Shown: positions 13,757 through 26,508 of the stretch, piece by piece
Layout of the letters: each line of letters begins with the position of its first letter
How positions within the stretch are numbered: the first letter of the stretch is position 1
Assembly: GCF_009914755.1 (NCBI RefSeq)
Contig: NC_060927.1
From: the human T2T-CHM13v2.0 reference genome, Homo sapiens
Reading direction: 5' to 3' (one strand)
DNA: 64,000 nt
The notes under the pieces: model-generated
Told to the model about the DNA's origin: nothing
What the model saw: only the letters and a program-made list of their open reading frames with translations
Databases searched by the model: none
Translations under genes and position numbers: made by a program

Positions 13757-14311
13757 GTAAAAGCTTCCTGAGGCCTCACCAGAAGCAGATGCTGGCACCA
13801 TGCTTTTTGTACAGTCTGCAGAACCATGAGCCAAAATAAACCTTTTTTTTTTTTATAATTACCTAGCCTCAAGTATTCCTTTATAGCAACACAAAACAGA
13901 CTAATCAAGGAGTGAGGTGTTGCTATAAAGATAGTTGAAAATGTGGAATTGGCTTTGGAACTGGGTAAGAGGCAGAGGTTAGAAGAGTTTGAAGGGCTCA
14001 GAAGAAGACAGGAAGCCAAGGGAAAGTTCAGAACTTCTTAGAGACTGGTTAAGTGGTTGTGACCAAAATGCTGATAAAAATATGGACGGAGAAGGCCAGG
14101 CTAACAGGTCTCAGATGGAAATAAGGAACTTGTTGGGAACTGAAGCAAAGGTCACCCTTGCCACTCCATAGCAAAGAACTTGGCCGCATTGTGTCCGTGC
14201 CCTGGGGATTTATGGAAGGCTGAATTTAGGATTGATGGCCTAGAGTACCTGGTGGAAGAAGTTTCTAAGCAGCAAGTGGTCAAGAAGTAGCATGGCTTCT
14301 TCTAACAGCCT
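13757..14311 (+). mobile_element. MaLR (MST-like) LTR 3' portion followed by internal sequence
   Basis: GCTTCCTGAGGCCTCACCAGAAGCAGATGC...AATAAACC...AGACTAAT LTR end, then GCTATAAAGATA...GGCTTTGGAACTGGGTAA..GGCAGAGGTT typical of MaLR internal 5' sequence. Confidence 0.85.
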
Positions 14312-14615
14312 ATGGGAAAAGACTGTACATACCATAGAAGCTCCAAGAAAGGAGTAATTGGCATGGGCTGGAATAGCCAAGGAGGCCTTCTAGATATGGT
14401 GAGAACTGCTTTGGGCCTGCAAAAATGGGTAGAATCTGGAAAACAGATAGAGGAGGGCACTGTAAATAAGGGTATGTGCTTGATACGGGTAGATGGAGGG
14501 AGCAGTGGGAATGGGAGGTGGGAGAGATGGAGGCAGCAAGGAGAGCCTGACTGGCAAGCAAGCTTTGTGGTGAGCGAATTGCCCCAGCTTCAGGACACCT
14601 TCCCATCACCTCCAG

Positions 14616-14718
14616 GTACAAACTGTGGGTGGACACCTGCTCTGAGATGTTTGGCGGCCTGGACATCTGTGCTGTCAAAGCTGTACATGGCAAAGATGGG
14701 AAAGACTACATTTTTGAG
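14616..14718 (+). CDS. SYN2: SYN2 coding exon (103 nt; probably exon 9)
   Basis: Encodes [34 protein letters not shown]. Lys (AAA, 14677-14679) in DICAVK replaces the Glu of synapsin I and is diagnostic of synapsin II. CCAG acceptor, GTAAG donor. Confidence 0.96.
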
Positions 14719-15996
14719 GTAAGTCTGGACCAAGCAGTAAGAGGTAACTCCTAAGGCTTAAGAACTATGTGGGCAGCTCAGACTGCCTTTAATTTGGAGT
14801 CTCCTGAACCATGGAAATGTTCCAGCAAGATCAGTGGGTAGCTATTGTTTCTAACCTGCTAGGCTGACCCACGCCATGGGTAAAAGATGTTGAATACGGG
14901 TTGATGGGATCCTAGCCATTCCTCTGGGAAGACTGTGGTGATGTTACCATTCTCTGTCTCAGAAAGCCACCCTTGGGAGTCATTCTGTCCAACCTGCTCA
15001 TTTTACAGGTGAGGAAACTGAGGCCTAACACCATGAGCATGTGCCCAAGACCACAGGGTGAATCAGTGTCTCAGCTGGGCACCAGATGCAGGAGATTTCT
15101 TCTTAGTGTCTCTCTGAGCCTTGGAGACACTACTCAGCCTGGTCCTCTAACACAACTTTGCTGACTCCCTTTTACCTGTTGTAAAGGAAAGCCAGTGGCA
15201 GTATGAATCCTTCACACACATTCCTACCCAATCTGGCTGGGAGCAGGAAAGGCTCCTTACTAGGAGTTGGTGGTATTTCCAGGATATTGGTGTCAGGAGC
15301 CCAAAGTAGGCTTCAAATTCAGAATCTATCTCATTTCCTGCATGGTCTATAACCTTCTAAATGGTCACACCTCTCCTCGCTAGGTGGGCCTCTGTTTTCT
15401 CATCCATAATTGAGAAAGTTGGACTATGGAGTCTGTGAGGCATACACTTTCTAAAGGAGGAAAACATTGATCTGAGCCTTGAGGTACAGGAAGAATCAGG
15501 ATTGGTGGTAAAAAGGGAGGGCAACCCAGTTCAGGTACAAAGGGATGAACCTGGTCATTTAGTGAGCAGAGAGTGCTTGGAGACAGAGATTCTGTGGGTG
15601 AAAAGTAACAGAGATGAAAAGCACATGCTCCTAATCAGAGATTTAAGGGGATGCCTTTCACATCTACGTGCTCCCCTGCCTGCAAACTTTTGCGCCCTGA
15701 GGCTTTACCCTCTCCTTGCTTTCTACCTCTTCTGGCTACCTTCATCCAGCAATTTTTGGTCTCACTGAGCCCTGGCACGGGTAAAGCTTGGGGAAAAGAC
15801 CTGAGGCAAAGGTTTGTAGAAGGAAGGGACAAAGATCCTATTTCTGCAAATGATCACACTTCCAGCTGAAGAGAAGAACTCCTGCTTCATCTCCAGTCCA
15901 TCTCTGCTGGCTTAATTCCTACCCATTCTGAAAGATTGTACCAGGCCATTTATGTTTCCAGACCCCTTTCCTCACCTGGGACACATCTCCCACCAG

Positions 15997-16146
15997 GTCA
16001 TGGACTGTAGCATGCCACTGATTGGGGAACATCAGGTGGAGGACAGGCAACTCATCACCGAACTAGTCATCAGCAAGATGAACCAGCTGCTGTCCAGGAC
16101 TCCTGCCCTGTCTCCTCAGAGACCCCTAACAACCCAGCAGCCACAG
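15997..16146 (+). CDS. SYN2: SYN2 coding exon (150 nt; probably exon 10), end of C domain and start of the Pro-rich domain
   Basis: Encodes [54 protein letters not shown] acceptor, GTAAG donor. Confidence 0.96.
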
Positions 16147-18522
16147 GTAAGCAGCTAGGAAGAGACATAGCAGAGCCAAGAACCATTCCCAAGCCCACTC
16201 CTCTAGATGTTGATGGCTAAAGAATGGAGTACAGGCCAGATGCCCACAGGCCTAAATGGGATCTAAGGAGACATCTCCCTCTTCCTTCCCTTCCCTTTAC
16301 CCTGGAGTCCTGATTATCTTCTACCACCCCTTATAGGGGCCTTCTCAGCAATCTGCAATATCAATTATATAATTAACCAGAGGAGCACTGGTTCCCTTTC
16401 CTCTGAACCTGAAGTCTCCAGGGAACCAGAGCCAGTTTCTCCTGGGACTCAGGATGCTCCCATTTTTAAACTGAGAGGTATTTGAGGAAGAGCTGGGTCA
16501 CATCACTTACTGTCTATTCACTGCTTCACTGTGTTGAGCCTGCTATCTTCGTAAATAAGGAAGTCTCTTTCTGAGAAATGTGCTGGTCTGGAAAGGGGAG
16601 AGTCAGGTCCCTCATTCTGGGAGAGAGTGACAAGGCAAAACTCAAATTAGAAATCTTTCTTTCCTAAGAGAGAAGTGGCCTTCTTCAGTTGGCTGTAGTG
16701 CATGACTCATGGCCAATCACACTCATGGCAACAGCATTCCAGCTGCGGGTCTAGTGGGAAATCCACACTAAAGTTTTGTGAAACATCAGGCCCTGTGGCA
16801 GGGAAAGGTCTTTATTCCCATGCAAGAGGTATCTCATCTTTCAAAAGTATCCCCAAAGTCCACTAAATGTTTATATTATGAAATGGGAAGAACTTGGGAC
16901 AATGAATCAAAAGCTGAACCTTAAGTCTAGCTCTTCCTCTAAATAGCTGTGTAAGTTTGCAGGGAAATGACTAGCCTTTCTTGGTCTCAAGTTTTTTTAT
17001 TTATTAATGAGAATTCTCTCGGCTATCTTTCCATCAAAATCCAACTTTAAACAGGGAGGTAGAATAGAATAGTGATTCAGAGTGTGGGCTTTGAAGTGAG
17101 AACTACCCAAATTTGAATCCTAGACTCTCCATTTATTAGCTTCGTGACCAGCACATAAAACAGTGTAACAATTGATAAGTCAGTTCCTTCTCTGGATCTC
17201 AAGTTTCCCCACTGATATCTAGAGACCTTTTGTGCTCTGAAAATTTCTTTGAGTAGAATACTTCCGTCTTCACTGATCCTGATAAATGGGAACTTCTGGG
17301 CTAATAAATGTGGACCCTGACTCTTTCTGGGTATCTGAGTTGAGAATAGCCCTGTATGGTGGGATGTTATATATTAGCTCTTATGAGTGTTTTAGTTACT
17401 AGAGAATCACAGTAGGGTAACTAGGAAAATGAAAGTTAATTGCCTGTTAGAGATACAAACCCACTATTTAATTACTATATTTAACTAGAGATGATAAAAA
17501 GATTTTTATGGTTAAAAAAATATCAGGCCTATGGTGAGATTTTATGATTTTGTAAATGTGATGGAATCAAGATATTTGAATCCTAGTTCTGCCTTTTAGT
17601 CCACACTAGATTATGAGAGAGAATCTGTGAACCAGGTTACTGCTTGTCCCTGCTCTAGCAGAAGAGTGACAAGTAGTCCCTTCTTCCCTTTAATACTGAG
17701 AAAAACAGAGAACATCTGGTAGTATCTTAAAGAATTTATGACAGGGTAAGAGAACCTGACATTACCCAGACAGAATGGGCTGCTCTGGGATTCTGTGAAG
17801 GGCCCTTAAGTACTTATAAAAGTGTAAACTTTCATGGCCTTCTACAAGGAAAGTCATTCTGAACTAAAGTAAAGGCCGTGCTAAGAGTCAGGAGACCTGC
17901 ATTTAGCCCTGTCCTTGCCACTGCTTCACCAGGTGACCTTGGGTAGGTTTATTCCCATTTCTGTGCCTCAGCATCTTTGTGTGTAAAGTTAAAGGTTGAA
18001 CACACTAAGACACTTTTAGCAAGACAATCCATATTATACAAAAATGGTATCTAAAGTATAAAAGTTAAGCAAAGAGATAATTTATAGAACAAAATTTTCT
18101 ACCCCACAAAAAGCATTAGCCCTTCTTTGGTATAAGCCCCTTATTTTATAAACATTAAGTGTTGTAGCTTAAACATTTTGTAAGAGAAATCTACAATGTG
18201 TCAGAGTCAAGGCAGAAAACAGCAAGGAATAAGCTCCCTAAATATAGCATCTCTTGCAGAAATTCCTTGTAGCAAAGTCAGTTTGACTCAAGGATAAGGT
18301 TGAGCTTTTCTTTGCTCAACCTTACATTCATATCCAAAGGATATTGTGGAATGCATACCATGCTGGGAGTCAGGACACACAAGGGCTAATCCTCACTCTG
18401 CTATAACATTATGTGACCTTGGGCAAGTTACTTCCCATCTCTAGACCTCTGTTTCCTCACCTATAAAATGGAGTTGAATTAGATGATGTCTAGATCCCTT
18501 TCAATTCTAAGGCCACATAATA

Positions 18523-19117
18523 CCTGGAGTTAGCCAAACTGCAAAGTCTGAAAGCACAATTCTCCATAAGACCCTCACTCCTAACATCACCTGAAAGTTC
18601 AGGAAGTTCCTAAAACCACTCTCAAGTTTGACAGTTCTCTGGAAGAACTCACAGAACTCACTGAAAGCTATTATACTCACAGTTACAGTATATTATGGGG
18701 AACGGATACAGATCAAAACTAAGCCAAAGGAAGATGTGTAGAGCAGAATTTGGGAGGGTTTCAAACACAAAACTTCGATTAGTTAGGACTCATGACTCAT
18801 TCCCCTCCTGGCTTTGATATGTGACAATATGCATAGAGGATTAACAACGAGGAAAGCTCCTCTGAGCTTCAGTGTTCACAGTTTTTATTGGGGCTTCATG
18901 ATGTAGGCATGACTGGTTGATCACCTGGTTGAACTCAGCCTCTGGCTTCTCCCTCCTTGGAGGTCAGAATAATACCATGTGGCCTGAGGGGCCCACTGTG
19001 AGTGACAAAGACACTCCTATCACTCCAGAAACTCCAAGAGTGTAGTGGTTACTTCTGAGGAGCCAAAGATGAAGGCCAGAATTCTCTTAGGGAAAAGCCA
19101 AATTCTTTACTATACAC
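18523..19117. mobile_element. LTR remnant, MER21-like
   Basis: GAACTCACAGAACTCACTGAAAGCTATTATACTCACAGTTA and terminal AAATTCTTTACTATACA resemble the recalled MER21 consensus. Confidence 0.65.
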
Positions 19118-19873
19118 ATGATTAAGTTAATATAGTAAATGTTTCTCAAATACTTTCAGCCCATGTGGGCAAGGACTGTGCCTTATTGATCTGCATTTCC
19201 ATTGACTAACATGGAAATGCAGAGTGTGTGCTTAAAATTAGTTAATAGCCTTAGGACTTAAAGTTGCTGTCCAAAAGATTTATATTCTAAATTGAAATAA
19301 TGATTGAATTCACAGAGGTCATCACCATTTCTCAGATGGTATCTTCTGGTAACCTCTATTAGCTTCCTTCTGAGCCTTGTGCCTTCACCTCAGGCCACCC
19401 AGAAGGCAGAAGACACCCAATAGTTGGCCACACTTGTCAAAATGCCACAACTTGAGCTTAAAGCCATGACTGTACTGGTCATATTCCCACCTCCCATTTC
19501 TTCTAGATAATAGCACATTTTCTTTGGTTAAATTTGAGCAGACATTTCAGCCATCATGAGACCAGGACTATGGAGCTGTCAAACTAGATTACCTTTGTGT
19601 CCCTGCTATCACATCCACCCACTTATCTGCACCTCCACCCACATGAATCTGCTCTAAGGCTCACCCTCCACTTGTGACCTAGATTCCATCTCCTTTTTGT
19701 TTTCAAGTATCTGCTTTCTTCTCCACCATCAATTTCTCTTTTTCCAAAAGATTATTGGAAAGTTGTTTTAGCCACCGTCTCCCTTTTACCACATTTTCTC
19801 TCCTATCCTCTCTAGTCAGCATCCCGCTCCAACCATCCCACTGAAATGGCCCTTGTCAAAGTCACCTCCATGA

Positions 19874-20170
<297 letters not shown>

Positions 20171-20732
20171 TCACTGAGTCCAGTGGTCACTTTTGTTCTT
20201 ATCTTACAGACTTTTCAGTAGCATTTGACACAGCTGACTACTCCCTCCTCTAAACACTATTTTCTAGGCCCCTGAGGCCCCCCCGCCCATCGCTTGGTTT
20301 TCATTCTACATCATTGGCTTCCCCTTCTTGGCCTCCTTTGCTGATTCTTCCACTTCTGCTGAGTGTCTAAACATCAGTGCCCCAGAACTTGGTCAGCGTA
20401 CATTTGTTGGTGGTCTTGGCCAGCCTGTATCTATCTCCTGCCCTGACCACCCCTTCAAACTCCAGACTCACATTTCTAACTCTTGCTTGACATCCTTACT
20501 TGCATATCTTAAAGGCACCCTAAATATAACACAGCCAAAGCAGAACTCTAGTTTTTCCCCTTAGTCCTGTCCCCCCAACATTGTTTTTCCCTAGCAATTT
20601 ATGTAGGCCCCTACCTGCCTCTTTCCCTTGTACTATCCTAACTGTTGCTCACTGTGCCCTAGCCACACTGGTAAGGGCCTTTGTATTAGGCTGTGCTCTC
20701 TCTCTGAAATGCTCTTTCTTCTTAGTTTTGCA

Positions 20733-21018
20733 TTTTTTTTGAGACAGAGTCTTGCTCTGTCACCAGGCTGGAGTGTGGTGGTGCATCTCAGCTCACTGCC
20801 ACCACCGCCTCCCGGGTTCAAGCGATTCCCCTGCCTCAGCTTCCCGAATAGCTGGGATTACAGGCACGCACCACCACGCCCGGCTAATTTTTTGTATTTT
20901 AGTAGAGACGGGATTTCACCATGTTGGCCAAGATGGTCTCGATCTCCTGACCTCATGATCCGCCCACCTTGGCCTCCCAAAATGTTGGGATTACAGGCGT
21001 GAGCCACCGCGCCCAGCC
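20733..21018 (-). mobile_element. Alu (AluS-like)
   Basis: Reverse Alu consensus; source of several spurious ORFs. Confidence 0.93.
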
Positions 21019-21266
21019 ATAACTGACTTTTCCTTAACAGTATAACTGATACTTCCTCAACTATCCAATCCAAAGCTGCCACCTACTCACTGGCTACCAC
21101 CTCTCCCTTCTTTAATTTTCTGCATAGCACTCACTATCAGTTGAGATTATTCTTGTCTATTTAATTGTCTGTTCTACTAAAATGTAAGGTTCTCAAGAGT
21201 ACAGACTTGTTTATGGCTATATCTCTAGGGCCACTGTATCTAGCACCTAGTAGCCATTAAATACAT

Positions 21267-21469
21267 CAAGGGTGTACCAAGGGGAGACAGGTGAGAGTGG
21301 TTTGCCCAGGTGCAATCAGTTGACTATAGAAAATTTTTAAAATAGCAAAACTAAGTTGGCCTGCTTTTTATTATCAACATATGATAGCAATTCTATACAA
21401 ATGACATTGATAAAATACTCTTCCCACCAAGCAAACCACTCCTGCCCCACTCCCTTTGATGTGCCATTG
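21267..21469. mobile_element. Non-autonomous hAT DNA transposon (MER97-like)
   Basis: Imperfect terminal inverted repeats CAAGGGTGTACCAAGGGG / CCCTTTGATGTGCCATTG and 8-bp TSD AAATACAT/TAATACAT. Family name from memory. Confidence 0.65.
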
Positions 21470-23468
21470 TAATACATATTTGTTGAGTGAGTTCACCATT
21501 TGGAAGAGGCATCTTTAATAGCCCTATCAGCCTATTGGATTGATGTCAGGATCCTTTGGATGATCTTGGCAGTGTGCAAGTGGAAAGGATGTGAACCGAG
21601 GAACATTACCTGCATCCAAGCCAGGACTTTGCATAGCCAGCTCAGCCCTTAGGTGTTGTCACTGACTTGCTCACAGGCATTGTCACCATTCCTCACAGGC
21701 ACCTCTTGCTGGCCTCTTTCTTCTGTGGCTGTGGAAGCTCAGGCTGAAAGAGCTTCTGGTCTGAGTCATAAGCCCTAGGAGCTGCTCCTGCCCAGAATTC
21801 TAGACCAAGACCAGGACAGACCTGTGGCTAGCCACTTGTCTACCCTTCTCTGTTTCTCCTTCTCTATCGTTGTCCTTAGCTCCACCATGAGTGCTTTCAT
21901 TTATTTGATTCTAGAGGAACACCTAAAATGGGGACAGGGAGCTGGGGCTTGGGGTGAGGATGGTGATTAGAGGGCACACCTTACCTCTAGCCTGGGATGG
22001 ATTAATTATAGAACGCAAAGAGCAAAGACATGGTGGTGGGCCCAAGCCAGCTGCAGTACACATTTCAAAGGAATAGAGGAAGGGGCATAAGAAGCACTGG
22101 CCATGTCACCAAGAGCAGGGAGGTGAGTGGTAAAGCCTGATCTGGTTGATGACAGCTTGGCCTCAGGCCTGGACAGACTGCCAGCTTGCGGGCTGCTGTG
22201 AGGGTCAGCAGCAGCAACTGACCCTCTGTACATGGACTCTGAAATGCTTTAGGGAGACTGTTCTCGAGGTGGCAGTGACACCTGGTGGTCACTCATGGCC
22301 AAAGCCTCCAGGCTCTATACCTGCAGAGTCTCTTCCCTGTACCACTGCCTTCCCACCACCCCTCCTACACATTCACTGACTTTAGGGGTCTCTTGTCTAG
22401 GATCTGAGCTGGGCCTTGCATCCTAGGGCTCTGATGAGGTGTGGGCTGCTCCTCAGACTCCCAGGAAACAGGGAGAGAACTTCAGGGGGACAGAGCTTTC
22501 AGGCCATGCCAGTAAAGATGGCATCTGGTCCTCTTCTTCATGTGGCTAATGTTTTTTTCATTTCTCATTATACTGGTTCCACTCTTTTTATTTTCCTGTA
22601 AAATTCTCCAGAGCCAGAAGGCTGAATTGCTCATGCAGGAATTTCAGACACTGACGGGCTGAGGTGGGAACTGGTCTCTCTTCAGTGCCCCTCATTTATG
22701 CCACAGAGCTGGCTTCCCGTTTGGCTGGTGGGTTAGACCCATGGGGAATGATTCTAAGACTTATTCTTTGGAAGCATTCATATACATTTGGTGTCCAGAA
22801 TGAAAATGAACCTCTTCTCCTACCCTGAGCTGATCAGAGCACATCTGAAATGTTTCCAGTCTGAGGGTCACAGTATAACAAGGACAAACTCTAACTCCGA
22901 TCAGAATGTGCTCAGAGGAGAGAAACCAGGAGGTTGAGGCATTTGGCAAATCTATGTTATGAGTAAAAGTTAAAGGAATTGCAGTTGAATAGCAGACATC
23001 TCAATGAGTGCATTAATTAATATCTTTAGCTCTCTGATGCCGCCATGGAGTAGAACTGATTCCAAAAGGCAAATCTGTTAGCAGACAGGTTTTGACCCAG
23101 TGTAGGGAGTAAACTCTCTAACACTCAGAAACGGCATGCGGCTGCCACATTGTTGCTGATGTTCAAGCAGGAGCAGGATGAGCAGCTTGTAAGGCACATG
23201 GTGAAAGGGGAGGGCTGGGGACTGGGGCTGTTGGAGCAGGTAACTTATAAAATCTCCTTCCAAGCCTGACATGCTGAGATCCAGACTGTGTGCAGCCATG
23301 GGACCTGGAAAAGGCTGTGATGAGAATTCAGAATTGAAGGACTGAGGCTGAATAACCTCTGGTGTCTGGTGGGACATTCTACCAGTCCTTTTTTGTACTG
23401 GTTCTCTGGTATGAAGAGAAACAGAACACATTTCCAGCTAGGTTTTTCCAGCCACAAAGGCTCTGAAA

Positions 23469-23662
23469 CAAGCTTGTCTAACCTGCAGCCCAGGATGGCT
23501 TTGAATGCGTCCCAACACAAATTCATAAACTTCCTTAAAACATTATGAGATATTTTGCAATTTTTTTAGCTTATCAGCCATTGTTAGTGTTAGTGTATGT
23601 GTGGCCCAAGACAGTTCTTCTCCCAGTGTGGCCCATGAAAGCCAAAAGATTAGCCACCCGTG
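23469..23662. mobile_element. MER30-like hAT-Charlie DNA transposon
   Basis: CAAGCTTGTCTAACC...CCCAGGATGGCTTTGAATGCG.CCCAACACAAATTC...GCCAAAAGATT matches the recalled MER30 consensus. Confidence 0.8.
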
Positions 23663-26160
23663 TTCTAAAATATGAGGTCTCCTGAGTGCAAGAAGACCAA
23701 GCCTAAGAAGGGGTTTCTTCACTCTGAGAAGTGGAGTCTAAAGGGCTGTCCAGTTAGGGAGGGGTCTCTGATCCCCGGCATGGGACTAACAGGGCTTCAC
23801 TTGAGCTCAGAAGAGGTAAATTTAGGACAAATGAAAGGCCTTCCTGCTTCCCACAGCAGGAATGGCTTTAGCAAATTTCTTCCCCAGTGAGTATAAGCTG
23901 AGAATGTGAGGAGATTTGGGGCAGGTTCAGATAAAGCCACTAGTGACTAGATCCCTTAACAGACTATTAAGAGAAACTAACTATTCTGGGACTGTCTTAA
24001 CTTTTCAGGGACATCTTTAATCATTTGAAGCTGACATTCTGACCTTGAGTGACCTGCCCCTCAGTGCCCCCAGAAGACTCAGGGACTGCCCCCATGGGAT
24101 ATTTCTTGGGTTCTAGGTTATGGGAGGGCCCCACTCCAGGAGATGAGCTCTGCAAGCAGAGAAGCAACTCCCCCCAGGAGGGAAGGAGAAGCGGCTCATC
24201 CCTGGGCACCTTTTAGAACCTTTTGGAGGAAGGAAGGTGGGCGCTGGTGACTGCAGGGGCAAGCCCAGAAAGATCCCAAGGTGCCTCAAAACATGCGGTC
24301 CCCTTTGCACCGACTAAACCTACAACCTCCTGACCACATTCTTTCCCGCTGCCTCATTCTCCCTGGGGTCCTAGACCAGGGAGCGGGGCCTGGGGGAGCT
24401 GATCAGAATAGTTCTGTGGCGTGTCCGGCAAGGAGCTTGGCCTGGCCTCTTTCCTGGGGCCAGACCCTGGGACCCTTTCCCAATTTCCTGTCTCAGATAT
24501 GCTGAGCAAGCACAGGCCTTCCTCCTTGGTTGGGGCAGCTGGTCTCAGGCCAACAGCTCACAAGTGTTGAGTCACTCAATGTCTTTCCTTCCTCAGCTTT
24601 CCATCCTGCTGGGACTTCAGGAGCTCCTTTCTCCAGCTTGTCTGCCGAAAGCCACAGGATGGCATTTTAAAGTTACCTTTGACAAAAACCCACAAACCCT
24701 CATCCATGGGCTTGGTTTCTGTCACAGGCCAGTGATTTCCTTTCCAATCATCTCAAGAGCTAATATTTACCATTTCTGCAAGGACCTTGCTGGAACTAAG
24801 CAATATACAGAAGGCATGGTATAACCCAGACCAGAATTCCCTGCACATGAAACTGCTATGCATCAGGTGACAGGAAACCACACAACAATATCTTCTCCAC
24901 TGATGCACGAAATTCTAACATTAGACCTCCCTTCCTTTGGATTGATATTTATTTTTTAAATAGTAGTAGGATGCTCACTTACATTGCCTAACACTTTACA
25001 GTTTACAAAGCACACTCTTTAGTTTAAGCCTAACAATCCTTATTTAAGATGTCTTGGGCTGGCAAATGTATCTTTGTTTCACATATCAGCAAAGAGAAGG
25101 CAACTGCCTTGCCCAAGGTCACACAGCTGCTAAGCAGGAGAGCTGGATCTTCTGGGCCCCAATTCAGGGAGTTCTCCACAATACTGTGCACCATGCCCTT
25201 TTGGTGCTCCCACATCAGCAGAGGCGAAGGTAAGAATGGAATGAGCTGGGCATTTGTGACTCTATATCTCTATGTAAGGAAAATCCTTGCATTCCTCCCT
25301 TAACAAGTGGTGGACCTACCAACCTGGAGGAGTCTTGAGCTTCACCAGCTCTCTCCTTCCTCCCTGGCTTCTCTGATCACTAAGCCCAGTAGATTCAGCG
25401 TAGCAGGATACCAGCCCAATTAGCTTTGATGGAAGCGGCACACTCTCCTTGCCAAGCTCCTGAAAGCCTATACCTGCAAGACATCTCTGCACAGGTCCAA
25501 TAACCCTAGGGTCTTGCTGAGTTTAAGACTCTGTAGCTGGTCCAGGCTGGTCTGGAACTCTGTAGCTAAGAAGGGATTGTCTCAGTTCTCACACACCGGA
25601 AGAACTGAAAGAAAAAAAAAAAAAAAAAAAAAAAAGCATAAACGAATTCATGGAAGCCTAGAGCCAGAAGGGCCTGTAGAAGTCATGTGCCTGCAGCTAC
25701 ATGAGCCCCCCTAACCAAAGTTTGTCCAAGCACTGCTGAAATACCTCTCATGCCAGGAAGCTCACTACTACCCAAGCCAGCCCTTGACACTATTCAGATT
25801 TATATTTGACTAATTTCAATCTTCTACTAAGCCCTAGGTGCTTCCATGGTTACCTCATTTATACCATTTGGGAAACTGTGACTCAGGATAAGTAACTTGC
25901 CCAAAGTCACATGTGTAAAGTTGTCATTTCGAGACTTCTAACCATCCTATTTGCTCCATGTACCCATGTTTTTCTGCTAGCATCACCCTTAAGAGGTGGC
26001 CAGAACTGGTTGCAGTGCTCTCTCATGAGGCTTGATCAGCCAAAAGAACAGTGGTCCTATCACTTCCCCTTGTCAAGACATAGACATACCTCCAGCTGCA
26101 TCCAATTTTTGGCAGCATCATTACAGACTGACACCCTTTGAGCCTGTCGTCACTCTGTAA

Positions 26161-26508
<348 letters not shown>

